Source: the human T2T-CHM13v2.0 reference genome, Homo sapiens
Assembly: GCF_009914755.1 (NCBI RefSeq)
Contig: NC_060928.1
Reading direction: 5' to 3' (one strand)
DNA: 64,000 nt
Of the stretch, positions 13,613 to 27,354 are shown piece after piece. Under the pieces are notes generated by a model, which had not been told where the DNA came from, did no database searches, and saw only the letters and a program-made list of their open reading frames with translations. A program made the translations under genes and the position numbers. How positions within the stretch are numbered: the stretch's first letter is position 1; each line of letters opens with the position of its first letter.

Positions 13613-13805
13613 TCCTCCTTTTATAAGTGCACCGGTCATATAGGATTAGGGGGCCACTTTATTCTAATATGACTTCATCCTAACTTAACTAAATACATCT
13701 TCAACAACAAGCACTATTTCTAAACAAGGTTTCACATTCTAAGGTACCTGGGGTTAAAACGTCAACATAGGAATTTTGGGAGAGAACATAATTCAACCTG
13801 TAACA
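13613..13805 (-). mobile_element. MLT1B/C-type LTR fragment
   Basis: GGATTAGGGGGCCAC...TATGACTTCATCCTAACTT...ATAATTCAACCTGTAACA. Confidence 0.75.
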
Positions 13806-16800
13806 CACACCTAATTTGTTTTATTCTCTACAAAGGGGACCTTTACAAAATAGATATGATTACAATGATATTACTTTGTGGGAGCTGTCTAAGTTCCAAT
13901 TTGTTGTTAATCATCTCTAATATAATTTTAATATACTTTCAGAAACACACACATTGTTTTTATTTTCAGGTGAAGTACACATGCACATTCATTTTCAATG
14001 AAGTTTTTCATCATCTGCTAATAGAGGAGAGCAGCATTGCACACTAAACTCAAAATCATGACAATTAGAGCTCACAATTTGCTTTTATAATGTATTAATA
14101 GGAATTTTTCCCCAAGAGAATACCTTCATGATTCTGTCTTGCTTGAATGAACATTAAAATTAGCTTGGATTCCCTGAGACTGTATCAACTGGTATTGTCA
14201 TTTAGGGCTAATAATTGTGAAAATTAGGCAGAGATTCAACACTGACTAGAAAATACATTTAGGCAATTACGCTTTGATTCTATCAGCTGGAGAATTATAG
14301 CACTACATTAAATAAAAAAGACTTTTATGCCTTTTATGCAACTTGGAAGACTGACAAATTTGAAATTTTTCAAGAGCCTGCAATCCAAATACCCAAATAA
14401 AGTTATTTTATTTGTGTAGCTTTAATATGTGTGTAATTTGTTATAATTCAAATGGCTTAGAAAATTTTTCTTTACTGGCTTTCTACGATTGCCAAAACTC
14501 CCACAAATTTACTTGCTTTATAATTTTGTCTACAACACAGTATCATGAAGAAAACAGAACATTTGAATCATCACAGATGAGACACCAGTGCAGTAGAGTG
14601 TCCTCTTATTAGTGTTACATGGAAAGGATGGAACGAATAGCAGGGTTGACAAAATGAGATATCTTTAATATAATTCCCCTAAATATGAGGCATTACTTTT
14701 AAGATGCATCTCCTCTTAATAAATAGTTAACTTGGAGATTGGACACTTCCAGGACACATAAGAGGCTGAGTTGTGATCACTCAGTGAGAGATGACAAATA
14801 AAGACTGACAATGGCCCACACTGTTGACTAAGCTATTTACTCTGCTTAATGCCGAATAGTGTTCCGTAGCACTACACCGAGCTTTCTTTTCTCCATTTAT
14901 GCTTTAAGTAGAGGTTTGGGAGCTGATCATTATAGCATTATCTTTTCTTCTTCCCTTTTCTTTTGCCATTTCAGGAATTGACACTGGCAGGCATGGTTCA
15001 ACAGTACTATATATCGTTGCCACTTTCTAGAGAAGAAAGATTACCAACTGAAAAAGAAAAGAGTAGCTATGTGAAGTTGTAAATTGGTCATTCTTATAAA
15101 AATCCAACCTCAAGTTATGTATCCATTTGTTTTCTCATCTCCATACGTTCCTATAAAATGTCAGTCCAATTTCATAAACAGTTTTCACAATGCTTAGCAC
15201 ACAGCAGTTACCATCAATTTTCTGACTCTCTGAATAACCCTATAAGCTCCATGCAAAGAAACTTTACTAACCAGAAATTAAAGCACAATAGATATTTATG
15301 GAATCTTAATGAGCGATTACACTAAACTACATATTATTAGCTCCATAGCATGAAAATACTCTCTCCCCAGTAACCCATTTTACAAATGTCAAGGACTGGG
15401 TTTCGGAAGAGAGAATTTGCCTCCATTACAAAGTGACGAGTATATTAACCCATCATGTTTACTTCAAACAAGGCATCCAAATTAATCATTCACAAGAAGC
15501 ATTACAAATACAGGTGATTTATGTAGCTCAGTAAAGTCTGTCACAGAATTGAGATATGTTGTTTTTCCGAGTATCTTCTCTGTTACATCAGAACTTGTCA
15601 ATGCATAACTATGCATGCCTCTTGGCTGGGAAAGTGCCACTTCTCTTTCTTTTTTGTGCTAATAAAAAATTGCACCAATTGCACTATGCAATAGTAGGTG
15701 GGCACCCACATCTCTAACATTCAGGTTGATTTCAAGCCTATGATTTAAAAGAATGTCGTCTTTGCTATCAATTAGAAGCCCCCAAATTCAGGTTTTATTC
15801 CTGTGATAAAACCATTTAAAAACTCTTCCTTGGATATACATCTCACCAAATTTCTTTCTCTCTTGCTCTCATATTTATTTCTTATGTTCTGGGTAGTATG
15901 CAGATTCTCACCTAAAGACTTTGGCATATCACAAGGAAGAGATAATAGTCATTTACCAAGTGAAAAAGAATAAAGAGAATTCACCTGTCATTTGCATAAT
16001 TTCAACACAAAAAAATCAAAATCAGTCCATTTTGCTCTTTTAGAAACCAAGTTATAATACTAATATAACCATAAAGTATAAAATATTACATATTAATTAT
16101 TATTGAGTACAATGCTCTAATACACACCCAAGTGGGCTCCCTAGCAATAATTGGCTAAGTGCATTTTAATAATTGCAAAATTAGAGAATGGATAAGAGGA
16201 AAATTAAGGGAACATTAAAAAATGTTTTCCTTTTTCATAAATTCAAAGGCAGTAATGTAATGAGATTATAGTTTTCAACATAAATATGCCTTATTTATTT
16301 TATCTTCTAATATTGAGGAAGTCACTCTTAGAACTGCTAAATTAAGTTCAGTTTTCTACCTGCACAGTTCTACAGCATGACAGGTAATTGGTACTTAATG
16401 TTTTTTTATTCTGCCTTATTTGATTTCTGAGGTAATCCATCAGAAATTGATTTAGTTTGACCTAGTACCAGTTACCTCCTCTAAAAAGAATTGTTTAATA
16501 TAATTCAGTAAATGGAGCCATGATTACAAAAACATTATATAGGGCCTTGTTTTTGCTAATTATCCAGTCCTAAGTGTTAGACCCTTCCTATATGAAATGC
16601 AACATTTATTAACCCAAGAAAAGAGTAAACAGAAACTCCTGATTTACTGTATTGGTCATTTATTATCCATCTACCATTTACATTTAAATAAAAATAGCAC
16701 TGTTTATTTGAGATATACTAAATGGATTGAGGTTACTTGGGATAGTTTGATCTTAGAATAGTATGCTTTGTCCAGAAATAAATCATCATTTTCATGTGGA

Positions 16801-19052
16801 AATTTTACTATTTAATTAAGATCCAGTTTTGACATATTTTTAAGGTACACTTTAAATTGCTTATTTTCTTACATTTGGATAATGATTAACTTAAGTGACT
16901 TGCTTTGTAAATACTTTGATCATCCTTTCCCAATTTTCAACATTTATGCATACCTCAAGTGTATTTTGTATCCCATCTTTGCCTGATTTTATATTACCTA
17001 AAAGTCAACTCAAAGGCCACTTCCGTTAGTGAAAAAAGTTCCCTAAACTGAAATTAATCACTCACTTTTCTGGGCTTTTATAGAAGTGAGATTTTTGTAT
17101 TGTTTTATATTCTCATTTGTTGTTTTTTGATTACTCAGCCCTTGTACTAAAACTTATCATCTTTTTTCTTTAAATTACAGTGGCAGAATTTCTGAGATAA
17201 GTGATAAGATAAGATAGAGAAATTTCTAGAGGAGGGCAGCTATCTGTCTTCCATGGAAGCTTCAAAGGTGGGGCAAGATCACCTTGTTCTGACCTACATC
17301 TTCATAGACCCAGAGACCTAATTTTACCAGCAAATCAAAAGCAAGAATGAATGTAAGCACATTAATTTACATAGAAAATATACCTTTCATTAAATTACTC
17401 TACCCAACATATGGAATATGTACCTAGGAAAGCCAAATTATAATTTGAAGCTTGATATGCTAGCATGGAATCGAGTTTAAGGTCTTATATAACTTGACTA
17501 TTTTAAGCTTTTAGGCTAAAACAGCCTGGTGAATTAATCTTCAAACCAAGATTGTCCATGTCAGGAAGGCAATCCTACTCTAAGCTTATTGATCAAGATT
17601 CCAAGTCCCTGAGGGGTGCTTTGATAGGCAATACCAATATTTTGTTTCTGTAATTCTGCTCTATCTATCTCCTTCGATGAACAAGCTACCTTACTATTGT
17701 CTTGAATTATATGACTTGAATTATATGACTTGAATTATTTTTCTGCTTTCGTCAATTAGGTTATTAACTTAAGTCTTAATGGTAATTTTCTTCACTTCAT
17801 AGTTTTTTCTCTTCAAACTCTTGGTCATGTGAGATACAGGTGATGGAATCTTTCCCAGGTGTTCTTGTGGTCCTACTACAATAGTTACGGATGTTTAAAT
17901 ATTGCTTTCTGTAAAATCTCCAGTAAGCTCCAAATTAATCCACATCTCAGATCCAAGATGCCATCTATGGATTTAATCTATGGATTAAAGTAGACATCAT
18001 CAATTTAATAATATTCTAACAGGACAAAAAACCACCAGAAAAATATATATATATATATATAGATTATAAGACTTATTCAGAATTAGAAGCATTAAAATGT
18101 GAACTTGTCTTAGAATGAGGGAAACATGGGACAAGAATAATCTATAATCCTTTAACTCTTTAATATCTTGGGAGTATTCTATAGACTGTCTTACTTGACA
18201 TTAGGGTGTCCCTCTATTCTTGTCGTTTATCTGGCCAGTGTGTGTTTCTTCCCAGTCTCCCTTCATCCTTCTCATGAACTCTCTTTATCCAACATTCCCC
18301 CTCCAAGCCCTTAAATACTGGGCTTTTCCACATGTCTTTTGTTGTCACTCTTTCTTCTAGCATAATTAATTCTCCTTGAGGAATATCATCTTTGCCCAAT
18401 ACTTTACCAAATTATATATCGATAGCATTAATATTTTTAAATAAAATGTATTCATACTTCAGAAGTCTTTCAAAACTACAGGACCATGGTTATGGTAGAC
18501 TACTGAAAATGTTTTGTGGAGACAAGCAGGACCAAATATAAAAAGGGTTCACCATTTCATTTAACCCCAAATTCCTATGGGATTGAGGGCCCTAAGGCCT
18601 AGTCATTGGGAAATGACATTTTGCATCATTCCTTTAAACAGCTGGCATCTGAGCTCTAACTGCTTGGCTCCTGCCCCCAAAATATTTATTCCCACTATAA
18701 AGAGTGCTCTCAGGTTTGCACAAATATAAGAGGCAGCTTTAGGATGACAAGGTCACTCCAATGAAGCTCAGCTCCACCCTATATTCCACTGAATCTCAGC
18801 CCAAGCATGCCTCTCTGCAGGGTGCCAAGAGAAAGAGCACCTGTGCACCTGTTTCTGCATGTGAATTTTCTGAGCCTACTCCAGATGATGCTTGCTGGTC
18901 TTCACCTGAACTTACTGCATGACAACATACTCCATATTGAGCTATCTATCTGCCTCTTAACACATCTCAACTCTAGCAAAAATCTACTCTTAGTTCTATT
19001 TCTGCTGTTTCTGAATGGACTGCGGTTTTTCTAAGTTTGAAGTCTGGAAGCA

Positions 19053-19236
19053 TTTTTTTTTTTTTTTTTGCAGTGACACTATCATGGCTCATTGCAGCCT
19101 CAACCTCTGGGGCTCAAGCAATCCTTCTACTGAATGTTTTTATTTTTTTGTAGAGACAAGGTCTTATTATGTTGCCCAGGTTGGTCTCAAACTCCTGGCC
19201 TCAAGCGATCCATCAGCCTTGGCCTCCCAAAGTGCT
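19053..19236 (-). mobile_element. Internally deleted AluJ fragment
   Basis: Poly-T, ATCATGGCTCATTGCAGCCTCAACCTC, GGCCTCAAGCGATCC. Confidence 0.85.
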
Positions 19237-19522
19237 TTTATACCTGTTTTTATATCCAGAAGTAATTTTATACCTGTTTTTCCTTCCTTAATTTCTTCTA
19301 CTTCCTCTCCCCTAACTTCTAATTGGTAACCAAACCCTGAATATTCACCTTGTTCAAGAAATTAACACTTCCCCCTCTTCTCTATACTTCCATTGGCTCT
19401 ATCTTAGTTCAGACCCTCATTATCTGTCCTTATTTCTCTGTGAGCAATTCTGGCTCCCTGTCTTGACCTAATCAAATCCACTCTCCATAACGATACCAGA
19501 ATAATCTTGCCAAGTTCAAAAC

Positions 19523-19903
<381 letters not shown>

Positions 19904-21504
19904 TAAGAAAATCTACAGTCCCTTATCTAGGCCACACCAACCTTTTTGAAGCTTCCTAAGTACTTGCTGTTTCAATCTCCCATGCCCTCTGCCCTTTACC
20001 AGAAATATAATTCTTCCTCTTTAACCCAATCATACAGAAAACTCATTGTTATCCAATATATTAAGGCTATTAATGAGAAAAACAAAGCTGAGAGTTTGGC
20101 AAACACATCCCTCCCTACCATTTCCCTCTACCTCTCGTGCCCCGATACACATGTACAGCAACGCTGAGAAGCTAGACAGACAAAGAAATTCTTGATAACA
20201 TGTGTTGAACTGACACCTGAATCTGCTACCAAACTTTTAGTTATGAAAGACAATAAACTCTGTTTCTAAATTTTGAGTTAGATTTCTATGGGTTGCAATA
20301 GAAGTTCTGATTAACGTAAAAAGATGTCCCAAGAGAATTTGAAAGATATTAGCAAGGAGTTCATTGTTGGCTCAACAGTTGGTGCTGACATTTTAAGCAT
20401 AAGTTTCCAGTTTACATTGGGTAGATAAGCAAAGGAGATAAAGTTCTCTGTTAACTGCTATTCTTCTCATCAGGAATACCCAGTGGAATGCAATGATTGT
20501 TGACCTCACTACATAAAGCACAGTATTTCTCACTAAGCTAGGAAATCATTAATCTCTTTATCAAACCCTGAGAAAGGAATTATTTAGATTATTGCCTCCA
20601 CTGGTTACTGGCCAAGTGCTGTTTCCATTGCAAACATGGTTCCCTGAGGATCAAAGTGAAATGAGAGTGGTTTCATGAGAAGAAACAAGGGAATTAAGTC
20701 TGGCCATTACTTTTGGATTGTCCACCATTTCTCTTGATGTAACCATAACTTCCAACAGCCCCTTTGCTCATAGAGATTTCAGTTTTTAGGAAGTAAACCT
20801 AGGTCATTCACTAAGATGGAGAATTTTGGAAACTAGAGAAGGTGGATCATGGTAGAGTGAAGCAATCCAAACAAGTGAAGCTATGACACACTCTATGTCT
20901 GAGTCATCCCAGCTTATGAGGAATTTCAGTAGGAGTGAAAAGGTGCAGCCCTGCTGCACTTCATGGGCTAAACTTTAAGAACCTGATGTTATCACCCCGG
21001 GGAATTCTTGGTCAGCTAGCACCTGTTACTAGGCTTTCACAGGCCTGCTAGATTATTATGAACCAGGGGATAAAGAATGAGCATTGAATGATATCCACTT
21101 TTTTATATTTAATCCAATCTGTATTAAAATAAAAAAGGGCAAATCCAAGATGTCTCAAAAATCCCTTGCATCTCTTGGATTCCATTACTCTACTATTACT
21201 CAGTGATTCAAGAGAAGTTTTGATGTAGGCATGATCTGATAGATGGTTCAATATGTGGGACAGGGAAAACTCATGTTGGAAAGGCGAAGTATATACAGAG
21301 ACAATTTTCCAAGAATCTCTAACTTGAGTCATGTTTGATAGCCACACTCTCATACCCTGTTCATCACCCTGGGAGCACTCATGCTTCTGAATACCCTGCC
21401 AGGCATGCACACACATCATGCCACTTCTGCCTGCAGTCATACCTTTGCTCACTCTGAGACCTTGGCTATGAAGGCTCTCTCCACACCTTTTCATCTAATT
21501 GTCT

Positions 21505-21659
21505 TTTATTCATTATATTATGATTATGATTATGATTAATTTAGAGATGAGTTCTCACTATGTTGCCCAGATTGTTCTCAAACTCCTGGGCTCAAGGGAT
21601 CCTCCCACCTTAGCCTCCTGAGTAGCTGGGACTACAGGCACATGCCAACCACACTCAAC
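21505..21659 (-). mobile_element. FLAM Alu monomer with (ATTATG)n tail
   Basis: Single-arm Alu sequence preceded by a short hexamer repeat. Confidence 0.85.
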
Positions 21660-21925
21660 TAAAGGGTCAGACCTGAATCTTTGGGTTGAGCTAAGAGAGT
21701 TCCCTCTGTGACCCTACAGATCAGCGGGCATCAAGCCTTAGTGTAATTAAAAACCACTTATTAAAGATGGAGACTACTATATCAGTGGTTAAAAATGCAG
21801 GTAAAATGTACATTTTTAACAAAGTCCTCAGGCAATTTTTAAGCATAGTTTGAGACCTCTGATAAGGTGTACTGCAAATGACCCTCTAAAAAACAGCTGA
21901 GAAGCCCTGTGCATCTCTCTCTCTC

Positions 21926-22225
21926 TTATTTTTTTTATTTTTTTTGAGACAGAGTTTTGCTCTTGTCATCCTGGCTGGAGTGCAGTGGCATGATCTCGGC
22001 CCACTGCAACCTCCGCCTCCTGGATTCCATTGATTCTCCTACCTCAGCCTCCTGAGTACCTGGGATTAGAGGCACGGACCAGCATGCCCAGCTAATTTCA
22101 TATTTTCAGTAGAGATGGGTTTCACCATGTTGGCCAGCCTGGTCTTGAACTCCTGACCTCAGGTGATGCGCCCTCCTGGCCTCCCAAACTGCTGGGATTA
22201 TGGGCAGAAGCCACTTCGCCCGGCC
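21926..22225 (-). mobile_element. AluS (Sq-like)
   Basis: Full antisense dimer. Confidence 0.92.
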
Positions 22226-22269
22226 ACATATCTCTGTTAATAATCTCCATATTATATTAGAATTATCTG

Positions 22270-22630
22270 GATGTGTAGTTATCTCTCCTACAACCACGTA
22301 CTTTATGAGGATAGAGACCACATGCTACTCATCTTTATGCCATTAGCACCTAACTCAGAATATAACATAGACAAGGTGTCCAATAAATATTTGTTGATCA
22401 GAACTGAATTCCATAAAGGCAACTGATTACAGAGAACCTGCTACGTTACAGATCCTCTGATAAGTGCTTTCCATACACTTACTTGATGAATATTTACAAG
22501 AACCATCTGACAGAAATATTATTACCTTCATTTTAAGGTTGAATAATTAAGGCTTAGAGAGATAAAGTCACTTAGCCAACATCACATAACTATTAATCCA
22601 CTTTTATTAACTGAAAGGTTGTGCTCTTAA
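22270..22630. mobile_element. L2 3' end (+) followed by MIR (-)
   Basis: CAATAAATATTTGTTGA L2 end; AATTAAGGCTTAGAGAGATAAAGTCACTT MIR core. Confidence 0.65.
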
Positions 22631-23029
22631 ACATTAAATATGCTAATCTCCATAAAATTTCTAAAAGAAAACCTCATAGTGTGAACTTCATATAGTATTG
22701 TAGAGAGACCCAAGTGTCTTTGAAATTATGAACCTAAGATGTTACTACTAGTTACTTCCTACAGACTGACCCACTGACTAAAGCTGCAGCCAAAATAACT
22801 TGTCTCTAGCATAGGGAGCCCTCGGTGCTACTTATACTTGGAAATGTCATGATGTTCTCAGTTCAAGTAGCCAATTACAGAGGGCAGGTGAACATGATGT
22901 AGCATTGCACTTAGGCTGTCATTCAACACTCATCTATTTTTATTTCTCGGACATTATAGTCAGCAAAGCAAACACTGTTAAATAGAAATAGATACTGTGG
23001 TGAAGACCACTAAAATGAGAAAAAGATTA

Positions 23030-23870
23030 GCAAATGCTGTATTTTCTGAAATGTTGCATGTTTGAGAATTCATGGGGCCTACCTGCTTTTGTAAAATCCT
23101 TGACCCACACTTTTCTTTCTTCAGGACATAGCTCCATTCTGCCTGGTAATAAGTGTTATTATGAAAAAAAATCTGAGGCCAACCTGATCTTTCCCCCTTT
23201 AAATGTGATGTGCTTTACCCGATATGGAGCACATTAAATTGATCATCACTGAGGTAAGAGAACCTCACTAGGATGTAGTCTGGAGCTTATCATTCCTTAT
23301 TAATATTTTCAACAACCTAGAGAGCCAGTATGTAGATGCATTAACTTTTTTTTTTTGGAATGATTTCTCTATGTTTTCTGTCCATTTGTTCCATCGGGAA
23401 CATAATTTTATGAATGTTAGCTATCCTTTGTCCATAGCTTGTCTATAATCATTTTGATATCATTGTTCTGTATCATTTTGTGTGATTCTTCAAGCATATA
23501 GATGTCTTTGTTATGATCCTGCATTGTTAATTTAATTCTTGTTGTTTCCATTTGATTTTAATCTCTATAATGGGTTATATTATTTTTTCCTTCCACATTG
23601 TTTTGTGCTCTGCTATCTGACTATCATCTCTTCTGTTGTCTTAAAATCTCTTATATTCATACTTAGAATTCTATTGTCTTCCTTGTGGCTATAGTTTCTG
23701 TGACTATAAAATATTCTGTAAGTATTTCTATTGATTTTTGTATATTTGTTTCATCTTCTTTTTGCTAATTTTTCCTCATGTTTTAATTAACTGATTGATT
23801 GAAATCTTATAAATGGGTCCTAAGCAGATTTATTTTTGATTAATATTTACTTTTGAATTCATGTTCATTT
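23030..23870 (-). mobile_element. Very old L1M fragment
   Basis: T-rich antisense ORF1/ORF2-like sequence (AAATCTGAGGCCAACCTGAT). Confidence 0.5.
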
Positions 23871-24329
23871 TTCTTAAGAATAGAAGACAAAGAATTGGGG
23901 TAGAGGGTCTGCAATGAGCGCTGAGTGTTTGGACTTCACTTCACTTGTCTTCTTAAATAATCTCACATTGAATGTATTATTTTCTTTATCCTCTAAGTCA
24001 ACGTGTGTCTCAGCAAAGCTCTTTTTTTTTCCATTTCCCCTAGAAGTGCTCCTTGGTTAGAAAGTTAGATATATAACAGAGTTTTGAAGCTCAAATACTT
24101 GCAGAGATTGAGTAGAAGATATAAATAAGCGAAATGGGCTAAGTTTGAGACCAAAGGGAGTGGTAGGGTCTGTGGTGAACTGCACTGTGTGCTTCATCCT
24201 AAGGTGACAGCAGCTAATCAGTTTAGCTGACTGCTATTAGGTTGTTGTGTGAGACCACGGTGGCCAGAATTTCTTTTTCAACAGTCAAACAATACATATT
24301 TTTTAAGTGAACCTCTATTTTTAAAATGC

Positions 24330-24935
24330 CATGCACAATGGAATACCATTTGGCCATAAAGAGAATGAAATCCTGTCATTTGCAGCAACATGGATGGAAC
24401 TAGAGGTCATTATGTTAAGTGAATAAGCCAGGGACAGAAAGACAAATATGCCATGTGCTCACTTATATGTAGGAGCTAAAAATGTTGGTCTCACGGAGGT
24501 AGAGAATAGAACGATAAATACTGGAGGCTGGGAAGGGTGTGGGGGTGGGAAAGGAAGATGAAGAGAGGTTGGTTAATGGGTAAAAACATGCAGTTATATA
24601 GAAGGAATGAGTTTTAATGGTTGATAGTGATAATGTTTAATGTTTGATAGTTTAAAATTTGATAGCAATAATGTTTAATGTTTGATAGTTTAAAATTTGA
24701 TAGCAATAATGTTTAACATTTGATCATGCTCATAGTACATTGACTATAATTAGCAACATTAGTATTGTACATTTCAAAGACGACTTAGAAGGTTTCAAAC
24801 ACAGAAATGAAAAATACTCAAGGTGATGGATGTCACAAGTACCCTGACTTGATCATCGCATATTCTATACATGTAACAAATACATGTACCCCATAAATAT
24901 GTAAAATATCATGTATCAATACAACAACTTTTAAA
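24330..24935 (+). mobile_element. L1MA 3' end with an internal 38-bp tandem repeat
   Basis: GAATGAAATCCTGTCATTTGCAGCAACATGGATGGAACT...TACCCTGACTTGATCAT. Confidence 0.88.
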
Positions 24936-25454
24936 GGTAAATCTAACAAATAGAAAAAAAAATGTAGTTCAAACAAAACACATCTGCAGACTCTCATGTT
25001 TTAGCCTCTAACATAGAAAATATAAATGGCATGTTGGCTTTTGCCTTTTAAGATGCCACTTTAAACCAACCCCACCTCTGCAGATGGCCCTGCCTTAGCT
25101 CTTCTTGCTCTACCCACTGGGAATACCTTTTGGGGGTGGAATCCTACTGGATTCTGATGTGACATGTGCAGGCTCACCCCCAGCATTCTTCTCCTGCTTA
25201 ACAATGCACAGTAAACAGCATGCATCGCAATTCGTGGTTTGAGGTTATGATAATTTTCTTGTATAATTGAAAATGGCATACTTTTTGTATCAGCATTTTA
25301 TTTTGTTTTCAGAGAGTTTAAAGAGGGCAATCAAGAAATAATATCTTCTCACTGACATTTGAAAAGCTATTTGTGCAGAAGCCCTCCTTGTCCCAACTCC
25401 TGTTGATTGAAACTCTTTCATATCCTTGCTTTTGTAAAATTATACTCTCATGGC

Positions 25455-25628
25455 CAGGAAAAGCTACAAAATTTGCAGGGTTCAATACTAATGAAAATGC
25501 AGGGCCACTTGCTCAAAAATTATTATACATTGCAAGATAGTAACAGATTATTAAACCAGGCATCTCCCTCTTCTGAGCACAGGGCCTTGTGTGACTACAC
25601 AGGTTTCACACTTACGAAGCTGGCTCTG
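25455..25628 (-). mobile_element. MER45A (hAT-Tip100) DNA transposon
   Basis: AATGAAAATGCAGGGCC...CTTCTGAGCACAGGGCCTTGTGTGACT matches MER45A reverse complement. Confidence 0.8.
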
Positions 25629-26012
25629 CTCCTAATTCTTGCCTAATCTCTCTAATCCCTCAATTAGAAGTCTTCTCTAGCTGCTCTTTCTCCTCCTATC
25701 CCGGGGATTTCCTAACTTATGTCCTTAACTTACTTTTCCTCTCTCTCTACATACTCTCCTTGGCAATCTCATTCAAGCTTATAGCTTGAACTCTCACCAA
25801 AACAGAAACAAACTTGTATTTATTTATTTGTAAATTTTGCCCTGTCAAAATGTAAATTCCCTGAGCGGACTAATACTATTCGAGGTCATCACACCAGTAA
25901 TTATTTTGTTCTGTCTCCCCAAAAATAAACCTTCATCTGAGCCTCCTGGCTTCCCATCCTCCTCCAGTTTTGACCAAATCAGAGAACCATTTTTCAACAG
26001 AATTATCCATAT

Positions 26013-26250
26013 CAGGGGTAGTAATCTAAAATCTGTGGGTCAAATATGGCTCACTGCTTTTATCATTGTTTTATTAGAATGCAACCATACTCCCATATTC
26101 TTTCACTTAGTATTGTCTGTGTCTGCTTTTGTACTTCAATAGTGGAGTTGAGCAGTTACAACAGAGACCATATGATGCACACAGCTTAAAACATTTACTC
26201 TCTGGCCTTTTACCAAAAAAAAAAAAAAAAAAAAAAATTCTAACACCATC
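26013..26250 (+). mobile_element. MER58A-like element with expanded internal A-run
   Basis: CAGGGGT start; GAGTTGAGCAGTTACAACAGAGACCATATG; A-run 26215-26237. Confidence 0.8.
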
Positions 26251-26259
26251 CCACACCCT

Positions 26260-26740
26260 CACCCACCTTTGATCTGTACTCACTGTCTCCAAATTCAATC
26301 AACTTCTCTTCCTTGAACCCACCCTGGTCAGACGTTTCACCTTCTCACTCCACCAAAACTGACTCTCAAGGCACTAATGACTTATTTCTCAATATCTTTT
26401 ACTAGCTCCTCCTCATTTACCCTATCACTAAATGTTCCATCACCCTACCACTCAGTCTTTGACCCTCTTCTCTTTTCTATATGACTACCTGACGGCTCTA
26501 ATGAAAACTGCAGTCCTTTGACTTAAAATATTATTTACATGTTGATAATACTCAAATCTAATCCTCTTGTCTGAAATCCAGACTTGTATATCTTTGGTCT
26601 GTTCGATATATTCACTGGTAATTAATGAACATCTCAAGTGTGTATGATGAAAACTGAACACCTGATCTTTTCTCATCAATGCATTTCTTAGAGTTTTACC
26701 ACATCTGTCAATAGCAGTTCCATCTTTTCCATTAGGCCAG
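26260..26740 (+). mobile_element. L2 fragment
   Basis: CACTCCACCAAAACTGACTCTCAAGG; CATCTCAAGTG...AAAACTGAACACCTGATCTT. Confidence 0.7.
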
Positions 26741-27354
26741 ACAGTTGCGTTCTATAGTTTTTGGATGGAGTCTAATATAGATGTGAATTAGGTCAAGGTG
26801 GTTTGAAAGTGTTGTTCAAATAATCTATGTTTGTATTGATGGTTTTCTGTAGCTCTATCAATTGCTAAAAGAGAGTGTTAAAATCTCAAACTGTGGTTGT
26901 AAAATTATTTATATTTTCCTTTTAGTTCTCTGAAATTTTGCTTCATGTACTTTGAAACTCTGTTATGAAGTGCATATAGATTTCTGATTATTATGTCTTC
27001 TGATATAGTTGACCTTTTGGTCATTACATAATCTCCCTCTTTATCTTCGATAACACTCTTTTACTTGAAATCTACTTTATCTGCTAAAAAATATATTAAA
27101 AAAATAGTTATCTTCTGGTATTTTATACTTGTTGTTTGCATAGTATATTTTTTCCAACCAATTATTTTGAACCTATTTGTCTCATATTTAAAGTATCTTA
27201 TAGAGAGCATGTGGTTTGGTCTTGTGTCTTCGCTTTTTAGTTCAGTGTAATGATTTCTACCTTTAAGTTGGAGTGATTGGTCAATTTACACTGAGTGTGA
27301 TTATTGATACGTTTGAATTTAAATCTACCATTTCCTTTTGTTTGTGTGTTTGTC

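Noticed and set aside
20342-20428. Peptide KEFIVGSTVGADILS vaguely like Rab switch I (TIGADFL)
   Set aside because: No P-loop or other GTPase motifs nearby, and a stop follows quickly
21048-21494. 148-aa minus-strand ORF
   Set aside because: Partly antisense to an L2 fragment; no recognisable domain
24621-24724. Possible CRISPR-like repeat array
   Set aside because: Contiguous tandem copies without unique spacers, in eukaryotic DNA with no cas genes
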